Part shown: piece by piece, positions 9,118 to 17,860 of the stretch
Numbering within the stretch: the first letter of the stretch is position 1
Layout of the letters: each line of letters starts with the position of its first letter
From: Chloroflexota bacterium
GTDB taxonomy: Bacteria > Chloroflexota > Anaerolineae > Anaerolineales > UBA4823
NCBI GenBank assembly: GCA_037444705.1
Contig: JBBILY010000002.1
Location: 1-52,662 of the forward strand
Length of the DNA stretch: 52,662 nucleotides
Direction: 5' to 3'
Program-made: the position numbers and the translations under genes
The notes under the pieces: generated by a model
Seen by the model: the letters and a program-made list of their open reading frames with translations, nothing else
Database searches by the model: none
Told to the model about the DNA's origin: nothing

Positions 9118-9462
9118 TTAATAGGCATTCAGCACTTCATGGATAAGGCATTCCAGGCTGAAAGGTCGGATTTCTTCCCAGGTGCTTTCGCCCGGCAAGC
9201 GCCTTAACCCATAGTCCCCCTTAGGTGAAAAGGCAATCACTCTGGCATTTTGCAGTTGCTCGAGCGGCAGACTTGATTCGGGCTGACCGTGAACGTCCAG
9301 AGAGAGAATGATTACATCTGGCCCATCGCCGTTGTCACTGGAATTACACCCCTGGGTGAGGGCCTCTACAATCTCCACTCGACCGACGGAGTGAAAAATG
9401 TTTTTGAATAAATCTGTATAAATCCTGGGTTTGTAGTCAATCAAAATGCGCGGGGTGGTCAT
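9118..9462 (-). CDS. small receiver-like (CheY-fold) protein, probably a pseudo-receiver
   Basis: 114 aa. Receiver-like landmarks are ILIDY (in place of the DD pair), DVIILSLD (candidate acceptor Asp), AFSP, and RPF in place of KP. There is no clear RBS, so coding status is less certain. Confidence 0.4.
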   Translation of the reverse strand: MTTPRILIDYKPRIYTDLFKNIFHSVGRVEIVEALTQGCNSSDNGDGPDVIILSLDVHGQPESSLPLEQLQNARVIAFSPKGDYGLRRLPGESTWEEIRPFSLECLIHEVLNAY

Positions 9463-9572
9463 GCAAAAAGAAGATTACCCTTTCTGTCTAAAATTTTATA
9501 AAGAAAGGACCTCTGCGCAAAGATACAGATGAGGTAATCTGTTTCAGTCTAAAAGAGGTAGAATGCCATCGG

Positions 9573-10229
9573 CTACTGGCGCAGATCTACCAGTCCATGC
9601 CTGGCTCCGTAGACAACCGCTTCCAAACGCGAGTGCACCCCCAATTTCGACATCAGATTGCGGATGTGGGTGCGCACGGTCAAGGGGGTGATCTTGAGCT
9701 CTTCAGCAATGGCGTTACCTGACATGCCCATTGCCAGGTATCTCAAAATCTCATACTCGCGCGGGGTCAAACGCTCACGAAAGGTCTCTTCATGCACTTC
9801 GATGGCCTTGTTATAGGCAGTGCGCCTCAAAAGGTTGACCAGCAATTGCGCGGGCATGACGATCTCACCCGCGGCAGCGCGACGAATGGTATCGAGCAGT
9901 TCCGTCAGAGAACAGCCTTTAGGAAGGAATGCATTCACCCCCAAATTAACGGCGCGCATGACAGAATCTTCGTCTGCATAGGAGGTGAGGACGACCACGC
10001 GGGTGGCAGGACTGGCCTCCATCACCTGAGGTACCAGATCGAAGCCGTTCCCATCGGGTAAAGCAAGGTCTAATAAGAGCACATCTGGCATGGTGTGCCG
10101 CACCAATTCCAGGCCTTCGGCCATGCAAGCCGCCGCTCCAACAAAGGGGAATTCAGCGCTACTGCGCAGCATCAGGTTAAGGGCGTCTACCAGAATTTGA
10201 TGATCCTCAATGATAGCCACTGTAATCAT
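9573..10229 (-). CDS. NarL/LuxR-family response regulator
   Basis: 218 aa. The receiver domain shows IIEDH and DVLLLDLALPDG; the C-terminal LuxR HTH shows LTPREYEILRYLAMGMSGNAIAEELKITPLTVRTHIRNLMSKLG. Confidence 0.88.
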   Translation of the reverse strand: MITVAIIEDHQILVDALNLMLRSSAEFPFVGAAACMAEGLELVRHTMPDVLLLDLALPDGNGFDLVPQVMEASPATRVVVLTSYADEDSVMRAVNLGVNAFLPKGCSLTELLDTIRRAAAGEIVMPAQLLVNLLRRTAYNKAIEVHEETFRERLTPREYEILRYLAMGMSGNAIAEELKITPLTVRTHIRNLMSKLGVHSRLEAVVYGARHGLVDLRQ

Positions 10230-10465
10230 GGTTGCCTCTGCCTCGCTAGAATCTTGATCGCAGAGAAAGGGGGATTTTCAACCCATCCCCTGCTATTATG
10301 CACTCTCGAATTCCCTGCAGTGAAGTACCTCATCTACCCAATCTGGAGTACTACATCCTATTGGGTTAACGATCTCATAACAAGTGTGTTACAGTTTTTC
10401 CAAGAGTCAAACGTGCCAAAGGCACCCTTTGGTAGTCAGAATTATTGATGCAGGTTATTGCACCT

Positions 10466-10501
10466 CTTAAACAAGAACCTCCCTTCTGTATCCGAAGGGA
10501 G
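10466..10501 (-). terminator. hairpin terminator after cpaF (end of the tad operon)
   Basis: CTCCCTTC (10479-10486) pairs with GAAGGGAG (10494-10501) around a 7-nt loop. On the minus strand it is followed by GTTCTTGTTT. It lies 42 nt downstream of the cpaF stop. Confidence 0.5.
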
Positions 10502-10542
10502 ATTATGAGTTGGGCTGCGTCAGACAGCGCCAACCGACAAAA

Positions 10543-11889
10543 TCAAGCGTTGGGATCGAAGATGTTAGGCGGAAGTTCGATGTTATTCACAGCAAACTTC
10601 TCTGCGAACCTGGGCCGCAATCCGGTGGGTTTGAGGCTGCCAATGACACGCCCATTCTGCAAGCCGGTTTGCTCGAAGATAAAGAGGTCCTGCATGACAA
10701 TGCTGTCCCCCTCCATGTTCTGCACCTCGGCCACCTGGACTACACGCCGTGTGCCATCCCGCAGGCGGTCCACGTGCACAATTAAGTCAATCGCTGAAGC
10801 GATCTGTTCGCGAATCGCCTTTAATGGCAGATCCATCCCTGCCATCAAAACCATGGTCTCAATGCGGCGCAGGGTGTCGCGCGGGCTGTTGGAGTGCACC
10901 GTGGTCATAGAGCCATCGTGACCGGTGTTCATAGCCTGGAGCATATCCAGGGCTTCGCCGCCGCGCGCCTCGCCCACGATGATACGATCCGGGCGCATGC
11001 GCAAGGCATTGATGACCAACTGGCGTATGGTCACCTCGCCCTTGCCTTCCACGTTGGGCGGGCGCTTTTCCAGGCGCAGCACATGTTCCTGCTTCAGTTG
11101 CAACTCGGCGGTGTCTTCAATGGTGATGATGCGCTCGTGGGGTGGGATGAAAGCCGAAACCACATTCAACAAGGTGGTTTTACCAGTGCCAGTGCCGCCT
11201 GAGATGACCATATTAATGCGGGCCTCCACACAAGCCTTCAGGAACGCCACCAGCGCAGGAGTCAGAGTGCCATTGGCGATCAGGTCTTGGGCGGTATAGG
11301 GTGTTTGGGCAAATTTACGAATGGTGAGCAGAGGGCCATTCAGCGAGAGAGGCGGGATGGTGGCATTCACGCGGTAGCCGTTGGGCAGGCGGGCATCCAC
11401 CATAGGCGAGGCTTCATCCACGCGCCGCCCGATGGGGGAGACAATGCGGTCAATGATGCGCATCAGGTGAGCTTCGTTCTCAAAGACCACATTGGTTTTC
11501 TCAATCAGGCCGTTGCGTTCAATATAGACGTTGGATGGCCCGTTAACCATGATTTCGGTGATGCTGCCATCCTGAAGCAGCGGCTCCAATGGCCCGTAGC
11601 CCAGGATGTCCGCAATCACCCAATCCAGCAGGATTTTACGGTCGGCGCGGGTGTAGTGCAGGTTTTCTTCAGTCAGCACCTGATTAAAGATAACCTCAAT
11701 CATCTGACGCATCTGGGGAGCGTTATCTGTGCCGACATCGCCCTCGCTTTCGGCCAGCAATCTGCGCTGGACACGGTCGCGAATGTAATACACATCGGTT
11801 GGGACACCTCCCAGGTTTTCAATTGTGGAAGTAGGAGGTGGGGTGTTATCTCCGGGACGAATTCTAATCGCAGGACGGTTACCAAACAT
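10543..11889 (-). CDS. cpaF: CpaF/TadA-type pilus assembly ATPase (type II/IV secretion NTPase)
   Basis: 448 aa with Walker A ISGGTGTGKTTLLN, Asp box/Walker B RIIVGEARG and a His box (TGHDGSMTTVHSNS). Confidence 0.9.
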   Translation of the reverse strand: MFGNRPAIRIRPGDNTPPPTSTIENLGGVPTDVYYIRDRVQRRLLAESEGDVGTDNAPQMRQMIEVIFNQVLTEENLHYTRADRKILLDWVIADILGYGPLEPLLQDGSITEIMVNGPSNVYIERNGLIEKTNVVFENEAHLMRIIDRIVSPIGRRVDEASPMVDARLPNGYRVNATIPPLSLNGPLLTIRKFAQTPYTAQDLIANGTLTPALVAFLKACVEARINMVISGGTGTGKTTLLNVVSAFIPPHERIITIEDTAELQLKQEHVLRLEKRPPNVEGKGEVTIRQLVINALRMRPDRIIVGEARGGEALDMLQAMNTGHDGSMTTVHSNSPRDTLRRIETMVLMAGMDLPLKAIREQIASAIDLIVHVDRLRDGTRRVVQVAEVQNMEGDSIVMQDLFIFEQTGLQNGRVIGSLKPTGLRPRFAEKFAVNNIELPPNIFDPNA

Positions 11890-11936
11890 AACTCACTCCT
11901 TCAATAGGTTTTCTATAGACCCGTGAGGATGAGGGA

Positions 11937-13703
11937 CTAGGGAGAAGTCGGGATGACCAACTCCTGGCCAGCCGTGATCTTTTTCACCGAGTTCAGGTTG
12001 TTGGCTTGGAGAATGGCTTCAACCGTGGTGTTGTAGCGTCGCGCCAGCATCGTGATGTAATCTCCGCTTTGGACAACGTAAGTGGTGGTGGGGAAAATGG
12101 ACAGAATCCTGCGGGCGGCATCCCGATAAACCCGATAGGCCGAACGGTAGTTGCGCCCCTGAGCGTAACTGGCTGCCAGGTTGAGTTTATCCAACAGGTC
12201 GGGGCGTTTTTGCAGTTCTTCGCTCGGCAGGTTGGCCTGTTCGATCGCCGACTGATAAATCAGGACGGCATTCTCGTAATCCAACAGCGCGCCGCGCGCT
12301 TCGGCGATGCGAATCTGGGCTTGATAGACACGGATGCGGGCATTCTCGCTATCCTCGGCCAGCACGGCCGCACGTTGGAAATCGTTGAGGGCCGACTCAT
12401 AGTCACCGCTGATCATGGCGATATCGCCGCGGGCAATATAGGCCTCAAAGAGCGTTTGGCGAGCGGTGCCCAAAGCGTAGTCCGGGTCTTCTTGATAGAC
12501 CTGCTCCATAGCAGTGATCACATTATCCCAGCGCCCTTTGGCAAAGTCCTCCTGGGCTGTGATGTAAAGATGAGCCAGATTGCGCAAACGCTGCACTTCG
12601 CTGTTGTCTGGGTAGAGTTCTAAGGCTTTGAAGTAGTACGAGTCTGCCGCGGCCAACGCCTCCAGCGAGTCACCTTTTTCAGCCAGGGCCAATTGGGCCG
12701 CATCCACATATGAGCGGAACAGGCGATCTTTGAACGACTGCCGCGCCTGTTCACGTTCCAGGCGGATCACCGGATCTTGCGGGCGCAAAGCCAGGGCTTT
12801 GCGGAAGTATTCCTCAGCCTGATCCAGGGCTTCCAGGGTCTGATTATTGGCTAATACCTCCACCGCAGCGTTCATATAAGAGTTGAAGAGGTGTTCTTCC
12901 ACCATGTCCGCCTCATAGAGGGGATTGAGGGCGCGCAGGGTTTCATAGCGGGTGGCTGCAGTTTCCCAATCCTGTTCTGCATAGGCTTTCTCAGCCTGGG
13001 CTAAAATATCTCCCAGGAAGAATTGCCCTTTGATCTCAGTGATGCGCACAGCCACATCTTTATAAAATGGCTCTTCGGCTTCAATGGCTTCGAATAACTC
13101 CAGGGCTTTGTTCAGGTTGCCCAGGTTAACCTGGCGCACAGCCTCCTCGTATTTTTCCTCCAGGGCGATTAATTTCTGGGTCTGCTCCAGGGAGGCTGCC
13201 AGGCCAGGGTATTGTGGATCTTTGGCCGCGATCTCATCGAGCAAGGCTTTCGCCTCTGTCAGACGCCCGACCTGGAGCAGGTCTTGCGCATCGCGGTACA
13301 TAACTGCCAGTTCCATCATCTGGACTTCTTTTTCCACTCGCTGGCGGGCGGTGCTCCACTGGCGTTGTAGCCAGGCGGAATAAGCGCGAAAACCCCACAG
13401 GAGCAACCCCACTACGACGACCAGAATCAGCAAGCGGATGCCCCAGGTCTTCCTTCTCTGTCGGGCGGCTTCCTTAGCGTCTTGCACCTCATCCGCGTCA
13501 ATTTGGGCGCGAATCTTCATCTCCTGCCGCAATGCCCGCAGTTGATGATCCAGGGGATATTCAGCCACGATGCGGTCTAACTCGGCCAGGCCATCTTCCC
13601 ATTCGCCCTTCTGGAAATGCTTCATGGCGCTTTGGAAGACGGGATGATGGATATAACCTTCAAAAGTTTCAGCAGACATAGTCCCTTCAGGTACGTGCCT
13701 CAA
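11937..13703 (-). CDS. membrane-anchored TPR-repeat protein with a C-terminal LysM domain
   Basis: One TM helix (IRLLILVVVVGLLLWGF), then about 450 aa of TPR-like repeats and a terminal LysM (YVVQSGDYITMLARRYNTTVEAILQANNL...GQELVIP). The track start is TTG at 13703; ATG at 13679 (MSAETFEGY) is more likely. Confidence 0.75.
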   Translation of the reverse strand: MRHVPEGTMSAETFEGYIHHPVFQSAMKHFQKGEWEDGLAELDRIVAEYPLDHQLRALRQEMKIRAQIDADEVQDAKEAARQRRKTWGIRLLILVVVVGLLLWGFRAYSAWLQRQWSTARQRVEKEVQMMELAVMYRDAQDLLQVGRLTEAKALLDEIAAKDPQYPGLAASLEQTQKLIALEEKYEEAVRQVNLGNLNKALELFEAIEAEEPFYKDVAVRITEIKGQFFLGDILAQAEKAYAEQDWETAATRYETLRALNPLYEADMVEEHLFNSYMNAAVEVLANNQTLEALDQAEEYFRKALALRPQDPVIRLEREQARQSFKDRLFRSYVDAAQLALAEKGDSLEALAAADSYYFKALELYPDNSEVQRLRNLAHLYITAQEDFAKGRWDNVITAMEQVYQEDPDYALGTARQTLFEAYIARGDIAMISGDYESALNDFQRAAVLAEDSENARIRVYQAQIRIAEARGALLDYENAVLIYQSAIEQANLPSEELQKRPDLLDKLNLAASYAQGRNYRSAYRVYRDAARRILSIFPTTTYVVQSGDYITMLARRYNTTVEAILQANNLNSVKKITAGQELVIPTSP

Positions 13704-13712
13704 ACAGCGAGT

Positions 13713-14669
13713 TTAAAAGTTGCCGAATAATTCCACGATTTGTGGAACAGCCGGCCCAAGGATCATCACTAGCAGGGCCGGGAAAATTAAGAAAACCAGG
13801 GGGAGCATCATCTTGATCGGCAAGGTGCGGGCGATTTCCTGGGCGCGAAAGTGCCTTTCGATGCGCATCTGATCTGCCTGAGCATGCAGCGTGTCGGCAA
13901 TGCTCATCCCCAACTGCTCTGATTGCAAGATCACCGAGACGAAACTGGAAAGTTCTGAGATGTCGTAACGGTTGGCCAAATTTCTCAGGGCCTCACGGCG
14001 GGAAAGCCCCATCTCCATCTCCGCCACCACTCGACCCAGTTCTATCCCGATTGGAGTTGCCCAGTGTTCGCTCACCCGCAGGAGAGATTGATCAAAGCCC
14101 AGGCCAGCATCGGCGCAAACGCTGAGCATATCCAGGGCATCCGGCAGACCACGACGGATCTTCTCCTGGCGAGAGCGCACCATCATACGCAACCATAAGA
14201 TAGGAAAGAGAAAGCACAGCAAAAAGAGAGAGACGCTTAAAATCAGCGACTGGCGATTGACCCCACGGCTCAACACCAGGTAACTCAGGCCTAATCCTAC
14301 CAGGATAAAGACCAGCCTCAGACCAAAGAACTCGCGCGCCCCTAACCCCATGGGGTGGCCGGCGATATAGAGTTGCCGCCTCAGGTTTTCAATGGAACTG
14401 GCAGGCGTCAGCCGACCCAGCAGCTGGCCAATCTGCTTGAAGAAAGGGACTACAGTGCGGTTAACTAAAGAACCGCTGAGTTCCTGGCTGCGGCTGATGC
14501 GGGTGATGGTCATCTCTGCTTGTGGCTGCACGCTTTCCTCCGCCACAAACAATTGCAATCGGGTGGAGATGCCTCCACTTAGAAACCAGCGCAGGCTTAA
14601 GATAATGGCAATCAGACCCCCAAGGATCAGACCAAGGCTGAGTATTCCAATGATAAACACTGGGGTCAT
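13713..14669 (-). CDS. tadC: TadC-like type II secretion system F-family membrane protein
   Basis: 318-aa polytopic protein with a T2SSF-type cytoplasmic helical domain (GLPDALDMLSVCADAGLGFDQSL). Confidence 0.8.
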   Translation of the reverse strand: MTPVFIIGILSLGLILGGLIAIILSLRWFLSGGISTRLQLFVAEESVQPQAEMTITRISRSQELSGSLVNRTVVPFFKQIGQLLGRLTPASSIENLRRQLYIAGHPMGLGAREFFGLRLVFILVGLGLSYLVLSRGVNRQSLILSVSLFLLCFLFPILWLRMMVRSRQEKIRRGLPDALDMLSVCADAGLGFDQSLLRVSEHWATPIGIELGRVVAEMEMGLSRREALRNLANRYDISELSSFVSVILQSEQLGMSIADTLHAQADQMRIERHFRAQEIARTLPIKMMLPLVFLIFPALLVMILGPAVPQIVELFGNF

Positions 14670-14674
14670 GGCCT

Positions 14675-15655
14675 TTACACCTCAACTCGCGCCATCATCC
14701 GGATGGTGATGTTGCCCAGGATCACCAAAATCAAAGCCCCGATGGGAATGCACAACAACGGTCCGCGCTGAAACAGCGTGCCAATATAACCGGGGTTGAG
14801 GACGAAGAGGATAGCAGCGGTTACAAAAGGTAAGAGCGTAAGCATATATCCTGAATAGCGTTGCATAGCGGTCAAGGCGCGCACCTCGCCAAACAAGCGA
14901 ATGCGCTCGCGAATCGTGTGGGTCACCGCTTCGAGCATGGTCAAGAGATTGCCGCCCACTTGGGTGTTAATGTTGACAGCCGTAATCAGGAGGAATAGAT
15001 CGTCGTTTTGCATACGGGCATGCAGATTATTGAGAGCCTGGCTCAGCGGCAAACCCAAGGCCACCTCCCTGCGCACCCGCCTGAACTCCTCGGAAGCGGG
15101 GGGTTTCATCTCTTGCACCACCAGGTCTAAGGCTTGCAAGAAACTCACCCCAGCGCTCACCGCCCCTTTGATCAACACCAACACATCCACCAATTGCTTT
15201 TCAAAGCGCAAACGGCGGGTATAGATGCTGCGGCGCAGTAATACTTCTGGGAGCAAAAAAAGGATGATGGACAGACCCACACCCGGCAGAATCGAACCAA
15301 AGAACAACCACCCCAAGGCAAATCCGCCGAGCAACCCTCCGATACGGATGAGGATATACTCCGTTTCGGTAATGGGCCAGTTGGCGCTGAGCAAACGCAG
15401 GTTCAACTCTTCAGAGGTGAGCATCGAGAGCATCGAGTTGAGTTGGGTGCGCCAGCTGATCAGACGCGCCCGCCCGCGATTGCGCCCACCGCGCAGGCTT
15501 TCTTCGCGGATGGCGGCATAGGTCTGAATGCGCTCAGCTACATCATCGCTGCCCGAGAGCACATTGACCAGCCCCAGGATCGTCACCACGGCGGCCAGGC
15601 CAATGGCAAAAATCAACGCCAACAACAGCAGCAGTTCTTGCGGCATGGCTATCAC
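14675..15655 (-). CDS. tadB: TadB-like type II secretion system F-family membrane protein
   Basis: 326-aa polytopic protein with a T2SSF domain (QLVDVLVLIKGAVSAGVSFLQAL). GTG at 15655 overlaps the cpaE stop (GTGA); an alternative ATG lies at 15646. Confidence 0.8.
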   Translation of the reverse strand: MIAMPQELLLLLALIFAIGLAAVVTILGLVNVLSGSDDVAERIQTYAAIREESLRGGRNRGRARLISWRTQLNSMLSMLTSEELNLRLLSANWPITETEYILIRIGGLLGGFALGWLFFGSILPGVGLSIILFLLPEVLLRRSIYTRRLRFEKQLVDVLVLIKGAVSAGVSFLQALDLVVQEMKPPASEEFRRVRREVALGLPLSQALNNLHARMQNDDLFLLITAVNINTQVGGNLLTMLEAVTHTIRERIRLFGEVRALTAMQRYSGYMLTLLPFVTAAILFVLNPGYIGTLFQRGPLLCIPIGALILVILGNITIRMMARVEV

Positions 15656-16914
15656 CCCAATTGTGATGAAGCCATCAAGGCTTCCTGCTGGCTTTTGGCC
15701 GGGGCAACGCCACCTTTGACCCAGGCTGCCTCAGCCGCGTTGATTTGAATCAGGCGCTGAGAGAGCATGCGGATGGCTTTGCTGGCGGGGCTGTGCGGGT
15801 AGCGAATCACCAACGGGATGCCGCGGTTCAAACTGCGCACGGCGTTGGGGCCATCCTCGGGGACATCGGCAAAGACTGGATGATGCAGGGCAGCCTCAAT
15901 GTCGCGGGTCTTAACCCCGCCGGGTAGATTGGCCCGATTCAGGATGATCATCACCTTCTCATTGGGATAGCCCAGCGAGCGGCTGAGTTGAATAAAGCGA
16001 CTGGTGTCGTGCAAGGCGGCCAAGTCGGGGGTCGTGACCAATAAGACGCGATCCGACGAATCCATCAACGTCACCGTATTTTCAGTCAATGAACTGCCCG
16101 CGTCTACAATAATAAAGTCAAACAAACGCTGCAAACCCAGGTAGGCGCTGTAGAGGTCATCCGGGCGAATGCCCTGGGAGGTTTCCAGGTCTTTGGGGGC
16201 GATGAGCACAAAAATCCCGCTGGAGTGCTCGTAGACTACATCCCGCACCAGGGCTTCGTCCAGGGCGCTGGCATGGGGAATCAGGTCGGCTAATGAGTTA
16301 CGGGCGCGGATGTTCAGCAAGACATCCAGATGTCCAAAGGAAAGTTTGCCTTCCATCAGCAGGATGCGCGCCCCCGTCTTCTCATAGAGCGCAATTGCCA
16401 GGTTGGTAGCAATGGTGGAACAACCCACACCGCCGCGCGGGCTGAAAACTACCAAACTGCGCAAAGGTTTAAATTCTTCAACCTTAGTTGAAGCAATTGC
16501 TTCAGTCTTAACCCGTCGCATCTCCAGTTCATGCAAGCGGCGCAGCGTGCTGAGCAGGTTGAGTTGAGTAAACGGCTGAACCAGGAAGACGCGCGCCCCT
16601 GCCAGTACCACCTGCTGGATCATGGCCGGGTCATCCTGAGGCAGGATGGCCACAATGGCTGCTTTGGGATATTGCTGGGTCAATTCGTCAATGATATCTA
16701 CGGTAGGTGAGCCATCCAGGAGATAATCCACCAGGATAATGTGTGGCTCAGCCGCGTAGACCTCGCGCACCAGTCGCTCGGTAGACGAAAGCACATCTGT
16801 CAATTGGAACTCGCTCTGGGTGCTGAGGGCGGCCGTGATCTGTTGCAAAACAGGTCCGGGATCACCAATGAAAAGCACCCTTAAGGGGGTTGAAATGGGT
16901 GTCATAGAATTCAC
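15652..16914 (-). CDS. cpaE: CpaE/TadZ-like protein: atypical receiver domain plus ParA/MinD-type domain with a degenerate Walker A
   Basis: 420 aa. The N-terminal receiver-like domain shows VLFIGD and IILVDYLLDG. The ParA/MinD-like domain starts VVFSPRGGVGCSTIATNLA, where the canonical motif is KGGxGK[ST]. Confidence 0.8.
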   Translation of the reverse strand: MNSMTPISTPLRVLFIGDPGPVLQQITAALSTQSEFQLTDVLSSTERLVREVYAAEPHIILVDYLLDGSPTVDIIDELTQQYPKAAIVAILPQDDPAMIQQVVLAGARVFLVQPFTQLNLLSTLRRLHELEMRRVKTEAIASTKVEEFKPLRSLVVFSPRGGVGCSTIATNLAIALYEKTGARILLMEGKLSFGHLDVLLNIRARNSLADLIPHASALDEALVRDVVYEHSSGIFVLIAPKDLETSQGIRPDDLYSAYLGLQRLFDFIIVDAGSSLTENTVTLMDSSDRVLLVTTPDLAALHDTSRFIQLSRSLGYPNEKVMIILNRANLPGGVKTRDIEAALHHPVFADVPEDGPNAVRSLNRGIPLVIRYPHSPASKAIRMLSQRLIQINAAEAAWVKGGVAPAKSQQEALMASSQLG

Positions 16915-16923
16915 CTCGATAGA

Positions 16924-17790
16924 TTAACGTGGAATGGCCAGTTCATAACGATCAATCAGGTAATCAGAAGTCACCGGTTGGAGATCGAAGCGTTGGGTGG
17001 AGGTTGGGGCGCGCAGGGCGAAATCGAAGATGGCGCCCACATCCTTGAGGTGCTTCAACAGGAGCGCGTCCTGAGGTGTTAATGCCAGCAAATAGGCTTT
17101 GACCCTCACTTGCTGCGGGCTGGGGGTTGGCTGAGGCTGGGGTGTGCCACCGCTCGGCAAGGCCGGCGCGCTCGTGCGCCCTTCTTGAGGGATGATTTCC
17201 ACCACCATCGCGGTGATCTCGGTGCGCTGCAGGGCGTCGAAGGTGAACAAGCGTTGGGCGGTCTCCCCCTCTTGCACGGTCACCCCCTCGGCCCCCTCAC
17301 GCACCACCGGCACCTCAAGGGGGATGCTGACCAGGATATCCACCAGATCGCCACGTTGGAGCACATTCAGGGTGCTCATCAGGTCACTCGCAGGAAAGGC
17401 AATTAAAATCTGGTTATCGCCGATGGTGAAAGCCAGATCGCGATTGACGTTGGTTGGGTCGGCCAGGTGGTGACTCATCAGCATCTCGCCGCTTATCAGT
17501 TGCACCCGCGTGATGCGCCCGATAGCCTCTTCAGGGTCACGCAAAGCACCCGCCGGGACCAGGCCGAGCGGCATCTCTACCACGCGAATATCCCCGGCGC
17601 GGATGACGCTCCCCAGGAGTAAATCGTGGGTGGCCACGACCACCTTCTCGGTGATGATGGGCTGAGGTGTGGGCGGCGGCAGGGGAGCCAAACTGCGCCG
17701 AACCAGGTTGCTCAAAGCGTAGAAGCCGATGACTGCCAGCCCCAAACCCACCAGGGCGATCAAGATTCCCATGCGTGCGCGACGACCCAA
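16924..17790 (-). CDS. cpaB: CpaB/RcpC-like Flp pilus assembly protein (SAF domain)
   Basis: 288 aa with an N-terminal TM anchor, a SAF-like segment (VVVATHDLLLGSVIRAGDI) and a Pro/Gln-rich linker. Confidence 0.75.
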   Translation of the reverse strand: MGRRARMGILIALVGLGLAVIGFYALSNLVRRSLAPLPPPTPQPIITEKVVVATHDLLLGSVIRAGDIRVVEMPLGLVPAGALRDPEEAIGRITRVQLISGEMLMSHHLADPTNVNRDLAFTIGDNQILIAFPASDLMSTLNVLQRGDLVDILVSIPLEVPVVREGAEGVTVQEGETAQRLFTFDALQRTEITAMVVEIIPQEGRTSAPALPSGGTPQPQPTPSPQQVRVKAYLLALTPQDALLLKHLKDVGAIFDFALRAPTSTQRFDLQPVTSDYLIDRYELAIPR

Positions 17791-17860
17791 AGTTTTCCTC
17801 CGTGTTTTTGCTTGGGTGTGTCAGTGGTAATACCCATAACCCTTGACTCAACGCCTGGAT

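Noticed and set aside
10230-10542. Search for a missed Flp pilin gene (<60 aa) in gaps flanking the tad operon; 20708-20919 was also checked.
   Set aside because: Minus-strand small ORFs here (for example MRYFTAGNSRVHNSRGW...) lack the G/xxxxEY processing motif and a hydrophobic helix. No pilin candidate was found.
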